This document shows, piece after piece, positions 10,284 through 20,084 of a DNA stretch of 64,000 nucleotides (position 1 is the stretch's first letter; each line of letters starts with the position of its first letter). Below the pieces are notes generated by a model. That model searched no databases. It saw only the letters and a program-made list of their open reading frames with translations, and was not told the DNA's origin. Origin of the DNA: Promethearchaeota archaeon. GTDB lineage: Archaea; Asgardarchaeota; Lokiarchaeia; Sigyniarchaeales; SOKP01. The stretch is taken from the NCBI GenBank assembly GCA_016840085.1, contig JAEOTA010000073.1:32001-96000 (forward strand). Direction: 5' to 3'. Made by a program: the position numbers and the translations under genes.

Positions 10284-11183
10284 ATTAGTGATGAAGAAAT
10301 TATATATGAAAGTTCTATTTCAAGAGATTATAGAAAAAAAGAACTTCTTAAGACTGGGAGTACATTAGCGATTAAAGACCTTATAATATGCATTGGAGTG
10401 TTCGTAATATTCGTCGTTAGTAACTATGTAATTGCAAACTCTAAAGTTGAATATGAAAGAATAGAAGCATTAGAGACTCGGGAAAACTTAATAATCATTT
10501 TACCATGGCTCATAACAATTGCTATAATATTTATTGACGGTTTAGTTTTAATCACCTATTTTATTTACTTATCAACCTATGTATCCAACTTTTCTTACAG
10601 AATCACAAATTCTTCTCTTACTCTCTCTTTTGGAGTATTTGATAAGAGACAAGTAACTATTCCTTTCAACCGGATTCAGAATATTTGTATCGTACAAGGT
10701 GTGTTTGATAGATTATTTAAAACATACACATTTAATATTGAAACAGCGGGAGGCGGAGGTACCGTCCGAAAGATCTATTCTTATGGACACGCAATTAGAA
10801 TTGGTTATCGTCCAGAAGGTTACATCCCAGGTTTAAAAGATCCATCAATCCTCAAAAATAAGATAACTGAAATGATGACACGTTTTTCCCAAATTCCAAG
10901 TGGAATGGAAGATAAGTTATTAAAACCTGAAGATCTAGCTTTTGACAACTTCACTAGTGATCTTCTTTCTAGGATGCTAGAAGCAGATGAGATAAAATCA
11001 AAGTTGAAAGAGATTAGAGAAAATAAAGGATTATCGCATATCGAATTAGCTAAAATAGTTAAATGCTCAATAGATGCGATTTTATAATTAGAGGAAGGCT
11101 CCTTTAACCCCAGTGTGGTGTTAGCTATTAATATAGCAAAAGCATTGAATTGTAAGATAAAAGATATTTTCGAATTGAAATAG
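10284..11183 (+). pseudogene. Paralogous TM-bPH_2-XRE fusion with in-frame TAA at 11085-11087 inside the HTH and no canonical start
   Basis: Frame is open from 10278 (ISDEEIIYESSISRDYRKKELLK matches paralog TISKDYRSKEMLK); after the TAA the same frame reads LEEGSFNPSVVLAINIAKALNCKIKDIFELK to TAG 11181-11183. Confidence 0.75.
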
Positions 11184-11238
11184 GAATTAACTTTAATATA
11201 AAATGAGTTGGTGAGAAGCCCTGAAATTCAAAAAGAAA

Positions 11239-11628
11239 ATGGTTTCAAGAATAAAAGAGCTTAGAGAAGCTCTAGATATTCCCCAGCTGGAGCTTGCAAG
11301 CAGGGTTGGGGTATCTCGCCAAACTATTTATTATTTAGAAAAAGGTACTTACAATCCCAAACTCACTTTATCATTTAAATTAAAAGATGAATTAAATACA
11401 TCAATAGAAGAATTATTCAAATTTGAACCCATCATACATGATATCATAGGTAATAAAACATTAGATGAGTTAGAAACAATCCATAAGAAATATGGCATTG
11501 AAATAGAGCGATTGCAGCATCTAAGAGATGTAGATGAATCAGATTTGCTTGTAGAATTTACAATGGAGGAGTTAAAGACAATTTCAAAAGCTTTAAGAAT
11601 GAAATTTGAAGATTTATTTGAAGATTAA
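11239..11628 (+). CDS. XRE-family HTH regulator with a degenerate second HTH-like C-terminal module
   Basis: RIKELRE...QLELASRVGVSRQTIYYLEKGTYNPKLTLSFKL; C-terminus ends ISKALRMKFEDLF. Confidence 0.88.
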   Translation: MVSRIKELREALDIPQLELASRVGVSRQTIYYLEKGTYNPKLTLSFKLKDELNTSIEELFKFEPIIHDIIGNKTLDELETIHKKYGIEIERLQHLRDVDESDLLVEFTMEELKTISKALRMKFEDLFED

Positions 11629-11887
11629 ACGTTTTTATCCACTTTATTCTAATTCTGTATAATTCAAAAAAATCAGGATAAGGTTTTCCATCGATATTTA
11701 TGGTATGGGTAGGAATTACCTCAGGTTCTTCAAGATTAAAGGTCTTAACCTTTAACTGTATAATGGATTTCATAATAATTCTATTGTGAGGAGGAAAGAA
11801 TTTAGTTAACGAAATTATTTTTGCATCGAATTAAATTTAACTAGAAAAATAAAGGATAATAAAGAAAAAAATAGGATTATGATTAGT

Positions 11888-13163
11888 TTATTTATATTTT
11901 AATCGTCGATAAACCAAGATTGAAGACACACCAATAACTGCAGTAACCAAATATATTAAATTATATCCTAGTATTTTAGCTTCACGTCTTCCAGGTGTAA
12001 TTTCAACTTCAATTTTATGATTATTGGAAAATGTATTACCAAAATTATTATAAGCAACCACTATAAAATAATACTCACCATTTGAATATCCACTTAATGG
12101 AAGTGAAAGTGAATCAATTTCTTCTTCAAGTAAAATTAAACTATCATTAATCTCTGTGATAGAATTGGAATATTGATAAATAGAATAATTGTTTGCTCCA
12201 CTTGAACTTGTCCATGTCAAGGTAAAATTTCCATCATTATCAGGAGTTTCTGCGTCTGAGGATAAAGTAAATGAACTCGGTGCTGTAGGCGGAGGTATTG
12301 CTACAGTAAGTTTAATACAATTTGAAGTTCTATTACCATAATTATTAAAAGCAGCACCAATAAAGTAATAAGTACCATTCGAATATCCAGAGATAGGGAA
12401 TGGTGAGGTTACGTTCTGATCTGCAAGTAATATTAAGCTATCATTAATTTCTGTGATAAAACTAGAATATTGATAAATAGAATAATTGTTTGCTCCACTT
12501 GAACTTGTCCATGTTAAGTCAAAGTTTCCATCTGTATCTAAGGAGCCTGAATCGCAAGTTAATGTAAATATTCCAGGATACTCAATAGAGTATTTCCCTA
12601 CAAAAATATCATATATTCCCATAGTGTACGTACGATTATAACCTGTTATATAAATTCTATCTGAAGAATCAATATACATATCTTGCCACCAGTATTGATA
12701 TATAGAGTTATTTGCCCAAGTTTTATCCCATAATAAATCTCCAGAGGTACTATATTTTAATATGCTTACGTTATGAAATAGTGTGTGAACACATACATAT
12801 ATTTTATCTAAAGAGTCGATACCTATACTCCATGCCTCATCATCCACCTTTGTTCTCCATGTTCTATTCCATTTCCAATTACCATCACTATCATATTTCA
12901 CAAGGAAATCCAGTGACATATATATCTCCATTTAGTTCATTTACCGCAATACCTCGTCCATATTCATTATCTCCATTATCATATGATTTATTCCAGTCTT
13001 GAATAAATGAAAGTTTAAGTTTATCAGAATCAGATTGATCATTTTCTTTGTTTTTGGAAGTATCATCATGTTTGGATAGGAAGTCATTATTAAGATAACT
13101 ATTAATCAATGGTAATAAAAGTAGAAGAAAAACAATAACAAGTGTGTATTTTTTAATCCTCAT
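11888..13163 (-). pseudogene. Frameshifted surface protein: signal peptide, SBBP-like beta-propeller repeats, two FN3/Ig-like repeats, Loki-CTERM-like anchor
   Basis: ORF 12891-13163 (signal peptide...GDIYVTG) joins ORF 11888-12931 (FLVKYDSDG...) across a frame break at ~12908; tail ILGYNLIYLVTAVIGVSSILVYRRLKYK. Confidence 0.75.
12168..12514. repeat. Intragenic direct repeat, 297-bp period, with a 50-bp identical core
   Basis: 12168-12217 is identical to 12465-12514; encodes TWTSSSGANNYSIYQY twice. Confidence 0.85.
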
Positions 13164-13477
13164 TTATAAATCACTTAGTTTTTATCTTCTAATTAGTTTA
13201 TTAAATAGATTTACTAAGATAAGATTTCTAGAAAATGGTTATTTAAATATTTAACTTATGATTTTATAGATCTATTGGTAAAAATATATAAAGCACACTC
13301 ATTCACTCATTACGAGTACAGGGTTTTTCACTATTTGTGATGGCAGGTTTCTATATCGTAGCAAATCAAACTTATTTAAGCTAAATTCCTATCGAATTCA
13401 AATGTAATACAATAGGAAGCCAAATTGACGATCATTTCCTTAAAAAATACCTTATATGCAGGATTATAAATTAAATT

Positions 13478-14086
13478 TTACTTTTTCCCTTTTTTCCTTT
13501 TATATATTAAATATCTCTTATAAATTAACACTCCGAAACTCAGAATTATCATTATTGTAAAAATGATTAAAATCCCGATATTTTGAAAATCTGTACCTAT
13601 AAGAACACCATGAATATATGCGAGAAGTAAGGCTATATAGTTTAAGGAATGTATTAACCTCCAATTTTTTTTAATTTTCATCCGTAAAAGTGCTCCTATA
13701 ACTGCAATATAAATTAAAATGAGTGCTAATCTGCCCCCTAACGACCAAAAACCATACCAAGAGCCAAATTCTGGCAAAAAAACAGCAATATCTAACACAG
13801 AAATTGCGAATACTACTGGATGGAGTGTGACTAATATCAGCCCCATGATTGAATAGATATGATGTATCTTAACAAACGGTTTTCCAAAAATCTTGTATAA
13901 TTGAACCACAAAAGGAATCATCATAGTCGCTATGAACATTGATGTAAACCCAAATAGCGCACCAAATCTAATGATGAAATTAAATGCATCTGGAAAAGGG
14001 GTTAAAAGGAATAATACTAAGATAAGAATGTATAGGAATATAGTGGGTATAATTATGTATATAGCTTCTTTTTTAGGTGGCGGCAT
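13478..14086 (-). CDS. Ferric-reductase-like (MsrQ-like) heme-binding membrane protein
   Basis: 6 TM; His pairs KIHH/LHP and WRLIHSLNY/YIHG. Confidence 0.75.
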   Translation of the reverse strand: MPPPKKEAIYIIIPTIFLYILILVLFLLTPFPDAFNFIIRFGALFGFTSMFIATMMIPFVVQLYKIFGKPFVKIHHIYSIMGLILVTLHPVVFAISVLDIAVFLPEFGSWYGFWSLGGRLALILIYIAVIGALLRMKIKKNWRLIHSLNYIALLLAYIHGVLIGTDFQNIGILIIFTIMIILSFGVLIYKRYLIYKRKKGKK

Positions 14087-14281
14087 AATTTAGGATCTAT
14101 TCAGGAATTATTAAATTTTAGTTTTATAATTTAAAAATTATTTTTAAAATTTGTAGGTGTTGAATATTATTAGGATTTCATTGTAATATCTCTGCTAGAA
14201 CACATTTCTTCGTGAAAGAAGGGTTTTACGAATTCTAAAAAAAATTGAGAGCAAAATTTCATTTAATGCGAGTAATCTTAA

Positions 14282-14500
14282 TCAATAACGCTTTTTCATC
14301 CAAATTATATATTGTATTCTTGTAACTAATAGAATACCACTAAGTAATAATGCTATGCCGATAGACATTAATAAGGGTGATGCTTTTTCTGGTGAGTTTA
14401 AATAGTTAAAAATCCAAATTAACAACAATACGATGGCTATAACTATTAATAATAACCCAATATTTCTTATTTTCTTATCAAGTCTATCTAATTCTTCCAT
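14282..14500 (-). CDS. Small 2-TM membrane protein
   Basis: 72 aa, two hydrophobic helices. Confidence 0.6.
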   Translation of the reverse strand: MEELDRLDKKIRNIGLLLIVIAIVLLLIWIFNYLNSPEKASPLLMSIGIALLLSGILLVTRIQYIIWMKKRY

Positions 14501-14645
14501 ATTATCTTAAAAACAAAAAAATAATAATTAATATTAGTCTAAATAACTGTGATCAATAATTATTTTTATATTTGATTAGCATATCTATTAATTTCCTATT
14601 TTTATGAATGAAATTTCAGAATGGAAAAATCCTTTATTTGATCTT

Positions 14646-16019
14646 TTATAAATGCTTTTGAAGATTTGAAATCTTTTTCTCCAATTTTCTAATTCTGGAT
14701 TCATTTCCATTCAGGTTTTCAACATCTTCAAGAATTTTTAATCCTTGTTTATAATAATTAATCGCATTAATATAGTCCTTTTTTTTTTCTGCTTTTTCTC
14801 CAGCTCCCAAAACATATTCTAATTCTAATTCTTTAATCCTTTTATCAAGTTCTAAAACCATGAATGAAATTCTGCCAATATCTTGTTCGAGATCAAAACC
14901 AGTGGCTAAATAAAGAGCTTTTTCATATTCTCTTTGTGCTTCCTTATACACTGAAGATCGTTCAGCAGTCTCAGCCTTTCTAATAAATTGATTCATTAAT
15001 TTTTGTGCTTCTTCTACATTCAATTCCTTAGCTCTTTCTTTCAATTCATTTATTGCATCTTCATTAGCTATTATCGTAGAGATTAACTCATTATTAGCAA
15101 TTCTGGTTGCTCGTATTTCTTGAAAATTTTTAACTCTATCTTCAGCAGTTTCAATTGTAGTAGGAATGATTACATTTTGTTCAAGAAGTTGATAAATTTC
15201 ATATAATATGACATTTGAGTCAATATTAACTATTTTTTGAACTTTATTGAGTAAATTATTAATAAAAAAGACAGATTTTGAAGCTAAAAATTCATTTGCA
15301 AAATCTATTATTGCTTTTTGGATGGGATTTTTTTTTATTTTTTCTAGTGTACCTGGTAAAAATGTGTGTGTGAGAACCATAGGAAATACTAATTTAATAT
15401 TAAAGGTATCTATTATAAAATCTATAGTCCTTCCAAAACCAAGCTTTCCTGTTTTTATATAATTTTCAATATTATCTCGATATCTATTCTCATAATCGCT
15501 TATAAATTCCGTCACAAGAGTTTTCAGACTCTCAGAAGCTTTATGATCTAATACTAAACAAGTCCTAATGAATTGCCCATTTTTAAGTAAAATATTAAAA
15601 TTCTCATATTGAAATTCATAAAATTGATAGTTATTTTGATGATTTAAACTACCATTCGAAACATTACTTGTTTCTGAAAATGATATATTTGCTTGTATAA
15701 ATCCTGTTAACAATTCTATATTTACACCTGCTCCTGAAATTGGATAACTAACGATAGATAAACCAGAACCAATAGCTAATAATACTATATGTTTTAAGTT
15801 TAAAACATCCAAAAATTTCTGCCATATTAATTCTTGAGACATCCGAAGTCGTTTTTCTTCAGAATCAATTAATGTGATTTTTATATTTTGGCTAAGATCT
15901 AATCCTAATTTTTCAAGCTGATTTTTGACACATTCCATGCAGAAATCTGGATATTTATCACAATTCTTTTTATCCAGTCCACAATCAAATCCTAATCGAT
16001 TAAGCTGAAAATATACCAT
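14646..16019 (-). CDS. Asgard-type protein: N-terminal Cys cluster, longin-like domain, winged-helix-like segment, TPR/MIT-like helical tail
   Basis: CGLDKKNCDKYPDFCMEC; SGLSIVSY...LLTGFIQANISF; KKDYINAINYYKQGLKI. Confidence 0.65.
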   Translation of the reverse strand: MVYFQLNRLGFDCGLDKKNCDKYPDFCMECVKNQLEKLGLDLSQNIKITLIDSEEKRLRMSQELIWQKFLDVLNLKHIVLLAIGSGLSIVSYPISGAGVNIELLTGFIQANISFSETSNVSNGSLNHQNNYQFYEFQYENFNILLKNGQFIRTCLVLDHKASESLKTLVTEFISDYENRYRDNIENYIKTGKLGFGRTIDFIIDTFNIKLVFPMVLTHTFLPGTLEKIKKNPIQKAIIDFANEFLASKSVFFINNLLNKVQKIVNIDSNVILYEIYQLLEQNVIIPTTIETAEDRVKNFQEIRATRIANNELISTIIANEDAINELKERAKELNVEEAQKLMNQFIRKAETAERSSVYKEAQREYEKALYLATGFDLEQDIGRISFMVLELDKRIKELELEYVLGAGEKAEKKKDYINAINYYKQGLKILEDVENLNGNESRIRKLEKKISNLQKHL

Positions 16020-16435
16020 TAAAATCGAATATTTTTTTATATTTACTATTTCGTTATTAGTTTATTTAAAGTATTAAGGGTTCAAGTAGTATTTTTCAAA
16101 ATCCTCCATTAAATATAAGATTAATTTACAATTTTTATAACTTTTAAAATCTCTTAGTTTATGTGATGATATAACGAAAATTCTACGTTAAGAAAATATA
16201 AATTTAAAAATAAAGCTGTAGTAGTCCCTATAAAGTTTGATATTGCTAGTCTAAATTATATAAATTCATGAATCATCCCTTGAGTTTTAGCACTTTGATT
16301 AAATATTTCTTATTAAAGGTTTCTAAAACTTCTTAATTTATCAATATAGTAAGGGCCTCTGGAATTGTTTTTAGAATAATTTACGTTATTGTAATTAAAA
16401 AAATTTTTAATTAGCTTTTAATTTAAGCACTCAGA

Positions 16436-16828
16436 ATGCCGGATTTTGAAAAAGTAAAAGAGAATTATCAACCTCTTGAAGTTACTGCTAATTTTTTTGT
16501 ATTATATAAGGATGAATCTACTTGGTTAGAGGGATGGATTTCCTTGGAAGATTCATTTGAAGAGTTTCTTTCAATTATTCAAGGTGAACTTGAATATTCA
16601 TGGGATTTGCAATATGTTGACATGAGTGATTATATCACTTTCCATATAGACCTTCAAGATAAGAATAAATTGAAGGAAATAAAAAATAATAAAGAGCTTA
16701 AGAGTGTAAGACAACTTGAAGAAATCTTTCTAGTGGTTTTGCATAAAGAGATTAAATATCGTATTATTGAGAATCTCCCAGTTGTATTTGAATGGTTTAT
16801 GGAAACTTATGATCCAAGAGCAATCTAA
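16436..16828 (+). CDS. Hypothetical protein (acidic)
   Basis: 130 aa ORF filling an intergenic gap; no motif recognised. Confidence 0.65.
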   Translation: MPDFEKVKENYQPLEVTANFFVLYKDESTWLEGWISLEDSFEEFLSIIQGELEYSWDLQYVDMSDYITFHIDLQDKNKLKEIKNNKELKSVRQLEEIFLVVLHKEIKYRIIENLPVVFEWFMETYDPRAI

Positions 16829-16885
16829 ATTACAATTTACATGCCTACTAATGCTTTACTAAAATAAACTAGTTGATTATAACAA

Positions 16886-17422
16886 TTATTTTCTAGAGAT
16901 TTTATACATTTCTGAAGTTAATTTCTTGAATACATCATTAACACTTATACCTGTTTTAGCACTTGTTTCATAATATGCACACGCATCTAAATGCTGTCTT
17001 AAACTATCAGAATCTTGATCAGTTATTAGTTTTTCTTCAGAGTTAACTAAATCGAGTTTATTTCCCACTAAGACATTCGGTAAAAAGCCGATTGAATTCT
17101 CTACTTCTTTTTTCCATCCAACAATATCTTCAAATGTGTTTTTTCTTGATAAATCAAACACATATACTATACCTTTCGCACCTTTATAAAACACATGTCT
17201 TACCCATTTAAAATGCTCCTGGCCCGCTAAATCCCATATTTGCAAAGTTATTAAATTCTTAACATTTGGGATTTTAAGGTGTTTTACAAAAAAATGGGAA
17301 CCAATTGTAGATGTTACATTAGGGTTAAATCTCTTATCTAAATATTGGTGAAGTAGAGTTGTTTTGCCTACTCCAAAATTACCAACAATACAAATTTTAT
17401 AAAAAAAACTTGGTACTCCCAT
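16886..17422 (-). CDS. Rab-like small GTPase
   Basis: G1 GNFGVGKT, G2 STIG, G3 WDLAGQ, G4 NKLD, G5 SAK; RabF-like IGSHF, LQIW, FYKGA; no C-terminal Cys. Confidence 0.95.
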   Translation of the reverse strand: MGVPSFFYKICIVGNFGVGKTTLLHQYLDKRFNPNVTSTIGSHFFVKHLKIPNVKNLITLQIWDLAGQEHFKWVRHVFYKGAKGIVYVFDLSRKNTFEDIVGWKKEVENSIGFLPNVLVGNKLDLVNSEEKLITDQDSDSLRQHLDACAYYETSAKTGISVNDVFKKLTSEMYKISRK

Positions 17423-17940
17423 TTTTTATATTATTAAACTGTGATTTTAATAAATCATAATTTTTAAGTATATATTCTTATCTTTTGCTTTTAGAATTTG
17501 GTAATAAATGATAAATAATTTAAATTTTTTCTTTCTTAATCTTTCACATTTCTTTTTTTTTTTTGGATTTCTTAAATATTAGTTTGTAATGTCAAAATAT
17601 AATAAAGAAATACTAAAATTTAAAAAAAACGATCAAATATGTAAAGATAGGGGCATCTGCTCCACAATAATTAATTATCCGGGAAAAAGTTTTTAAATTG
17701 GATGTGGAATCTATTTTTGGGCATTTTAGAATAGATATTTACTATAATAGAAAACAAGAATAGGTTAAAAGTTCCCAAAGTAAATCATGATACAATTAGA
17801 CCAAGCGTAGATGAAATGTCGAAGGTTAAATATATTTTGGAAGATGCAGGATTGAAGAAAGTAAGAGTTCAAAGATCTAAAGGTCATAGTGGACTATGAG
17901 ACTAGAAGATTTATAAACAAGAAAAATTAAAATGTAGATC

Positions 17941-20025
17941 ATGTCACCAATTAATAATTTTTATAAAAAAATCAATTCTGAACTTGTATTATTAACAATA
18001 ATATTTCTTTTCTTCTTTCAATTGATCTCAGATTTCGTTGAAGCTGTATATATGTTAGAGCTTTTAAAACTAGCAATGGATGAAAAAGCACTCGCAATGG
18101 CATTTTTTTTATCACCCTTTGTTCTTTTAATTTTTAAGAATAAAATTCCAAATTATTTTCTTGAAATTGTAGCTGTTATAATAGTTTTTACCCGTGTGAT
18201 TAATCCTTTAATAGATACAGCATACAAAATTATTTGTGCAGGATTCGGAGTAGGTGCTTTTATGCTTTTCTTTCCTGTGTATTTTTCAGAAAGTTTCAAG
18301 GAAGATGGAGAAAAAGTGAGTTTGAGGTTGGGCGTAGCGCTAGCTTTAGCTGTTTTACTTTCAATTACATTTAGAGCACTTAATTCAACGATCGATATTT
18401 CTACATATAATTATTTTCAATTTATTGGGTGGATTCTAGCAGGGATTGCTATTCTCTCAATAATAGGTCGACTAAAAACCAAAAGTAATGGAGAATTTAC
18501 ATATCCTACTAGTGAGCAAAAAAATGTTTCTACAGGAGAGCTAAAATTGGAGGAAAGAAAAGGTTCAAAAATGATATATCCATTAGTTTTAGGACTTACA
18601 AGTGCATTAATTATAAATTACTTTGCTTTTAGTAGTCCAACTGTCATTTCAAGATGGACTGGAGGAAATTATATAGCGATTACAATTGTTGTAGCTGTAA
18701 TGATTTCTTTATCTATATTAGTCTTAACTATGAAACCTGAAATCATTAAGAAGTTAAAACCTTGGATGTTGTGGCTTTGGAATATTTTTTTCATAATTTC
18801 AGTTGTTTTAACTATTGCAGTGCATACATTTCCATTTCCTGCTAATCCTGATTCAGCTCCTGTTATTATAGATCATCCAGCTCCTTGGTTTTATTACATC
18901 CCATTAGGTGTAATGATAATATCATTACCGATAGTTTTTATTGATGTTATTTGCTTATCTAGAGAAGTTATTGAGCAACGTGCGAGTCCATCTAAATTAG
19001 GTAAAGCATTTGGATTAGGAGGTTTATTCATTCTCCTCATGTCATTGATACTAATTTTCACATATGTTTGGGGATATGTAGATCCTGTGAGTCCAATCTT
19101 TCGTAATTTATTCTGGCTTCCATTTTTGTTAGTTGTTATAACAATTCCTACTAAAGGAATATTTCGCAAAAATTCATTAAAATTCACAGCATTATTTTCA
19201 AGTCGCAATGAAAAATTAGTGATAGGTGGATTCTTGGCAATCTTATTACTTGGTACTACAATATCTGTATCTCTTTATGAACCTTATCGTAAATATCCTG
19301 AAGGAGGAACCATAACGTCCCTTAAAATTCTTACATATAACGTCCAACAAGGCGTTAATATGAGTGGTGAAAAGAATTATGATAAACAATTGGCTCTTAT
19401 TAAAGAAGTGAGTCCGGATATTATAGGTTTAATAGAGTGTGACGTCGCGAGACTTTCTGGTGGAAATACAGATATTGTACGTTATTTCGTCAACCGATTA
19501 ACAGGATTAAACTACTTTTCATTTTATGGGCCTAAAACAGTTACAGGAACATATGGGGCTGCTGTATTGTCCAAATATCCAATTATTAGGGGAAAAACAA
19601 TTTTTACGTATAGTGACGAAGATGAAATTGGTACTACTGAGGTTAAAATTAAAGTGGATGGTATAATCTTCAATGTATATATAAACCATCCTTCTGGAAG
19701 TGATGATGTTAAACTAGCTCATATGGAAACACTGATGGATCGCATAGAAGGGAAAGATTATGTAATCTCAATGGGAGATTTCAATACTCGAGAAGGTTCA
19801 CTTTATTATAATATGTCAGTTGCTGTATTGCAGGATGTTTGGTTAACAAAATGGCCAACAGGAATAGATAATAATGGTGTTGGGGTGGATAAACTGCGTG
19901 AAGTATTCGATCAGGATAGAATCGATCATATATTTGTATCTAATAATTTTAATATCACAATGGCACGATACATTTTAGACCCACAGTCTGATCACCCCGC
20001 ACTATGGGCAGTTATTGAGTGGTAA
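17941..20025 (+). CDS. Polytopic membrane protein with C-terminal EEP (endonuclease/exonuclease/phosphatase) domain, CWH43/PGAP2IP-like
   Basis: About 12 TM, then LTYNV, GLIECD, YGAAVLSKYPI, MGDFN, RIDHIF, SDHPAL. Confidence 0.8.
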   Translation: MSPINNFYKKINSELVLLTIIFLFFFQLISDFVEAVYMLELLKLAMDEKALAMAFFLSPFVLLIFKNKIPNYFLEIVAVIIVFTRVINPLIDTAYKIICAGFGVGAFMLFFPVYFSESFKEDGEKVSLRLGVALALAVLLSITFRALNSTIDISTYNYFQFIGWILAGIAILSIIGRLKTKSNGEFTYPTSEQKNVSTGELKLEERKGSKMIYPLVLGLTSALIINYFAFSSPTVISRWTGGNYIAITIVVAVMISLSILVLTMKPEIIKKLKPWMLWLWNIFFIISVVLTIAVHTFPFPANPDSAPVIIDHPAPWFYYIPLGVMIISLPIVFIDVICLSREVIEQRASPSKLGKAFGLGGLFILLMSLILIFTYVWGYVDPVSPIFRNLFWLPFLLVVITIPTKGIFRKNSLKFTALFSSRNEKLVIGGFLAILLLGTTISVSLYEPYRKYPEGGTITSLKILTYNVQQGVNMSGEKNYDKQLALIKEVSPDIIGLIECDVARLSGGNTDIVRYFVNRLTGLNYFSFYGPKTVTGTYGAAVLSKYPIIRGKTIFTYSDEDEIGTTEVKIKVDGIIFNVYINHPSGSDDVKLAHMETLMDRIEGKDYVISMGDFNTREGSLYYNMSVAVLQDVWLTKWPTGIDNNGVGVDKLREVFDQDRIDHIFVSNNFNITMARYILDPQSDHPALWAVIEW

Positions 20026-20084
20026 AGTTATCTGGTTAAGTTCTTATAAAATTAATTAATAATCATTACTTTTTTTTTAAATAT

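Noticed and set aside
11558-11773. 71-aa minus-strand ORF with protein-like sequence
   Set aside because: Overlaps the XRE gene 3' end by 71 bp and has no recognisable domain; may be a remnant but cannot be supported
13280-13460. Less AT-rich intergenic stretch after a TATA-like box, considered as ncRNA or fluoride riboswitch
   Set aside because: No convincing stems or consensus match by eye; needs an Rfam/Infernal search
17589-17900. Coding-like fragments upstream of the EEP gene (e.g. DEMSKVKYILEDAGLKKVRVQRSKG)
   Set aside because: Interrupted by stops and no family recognised; possibly a decayed gene
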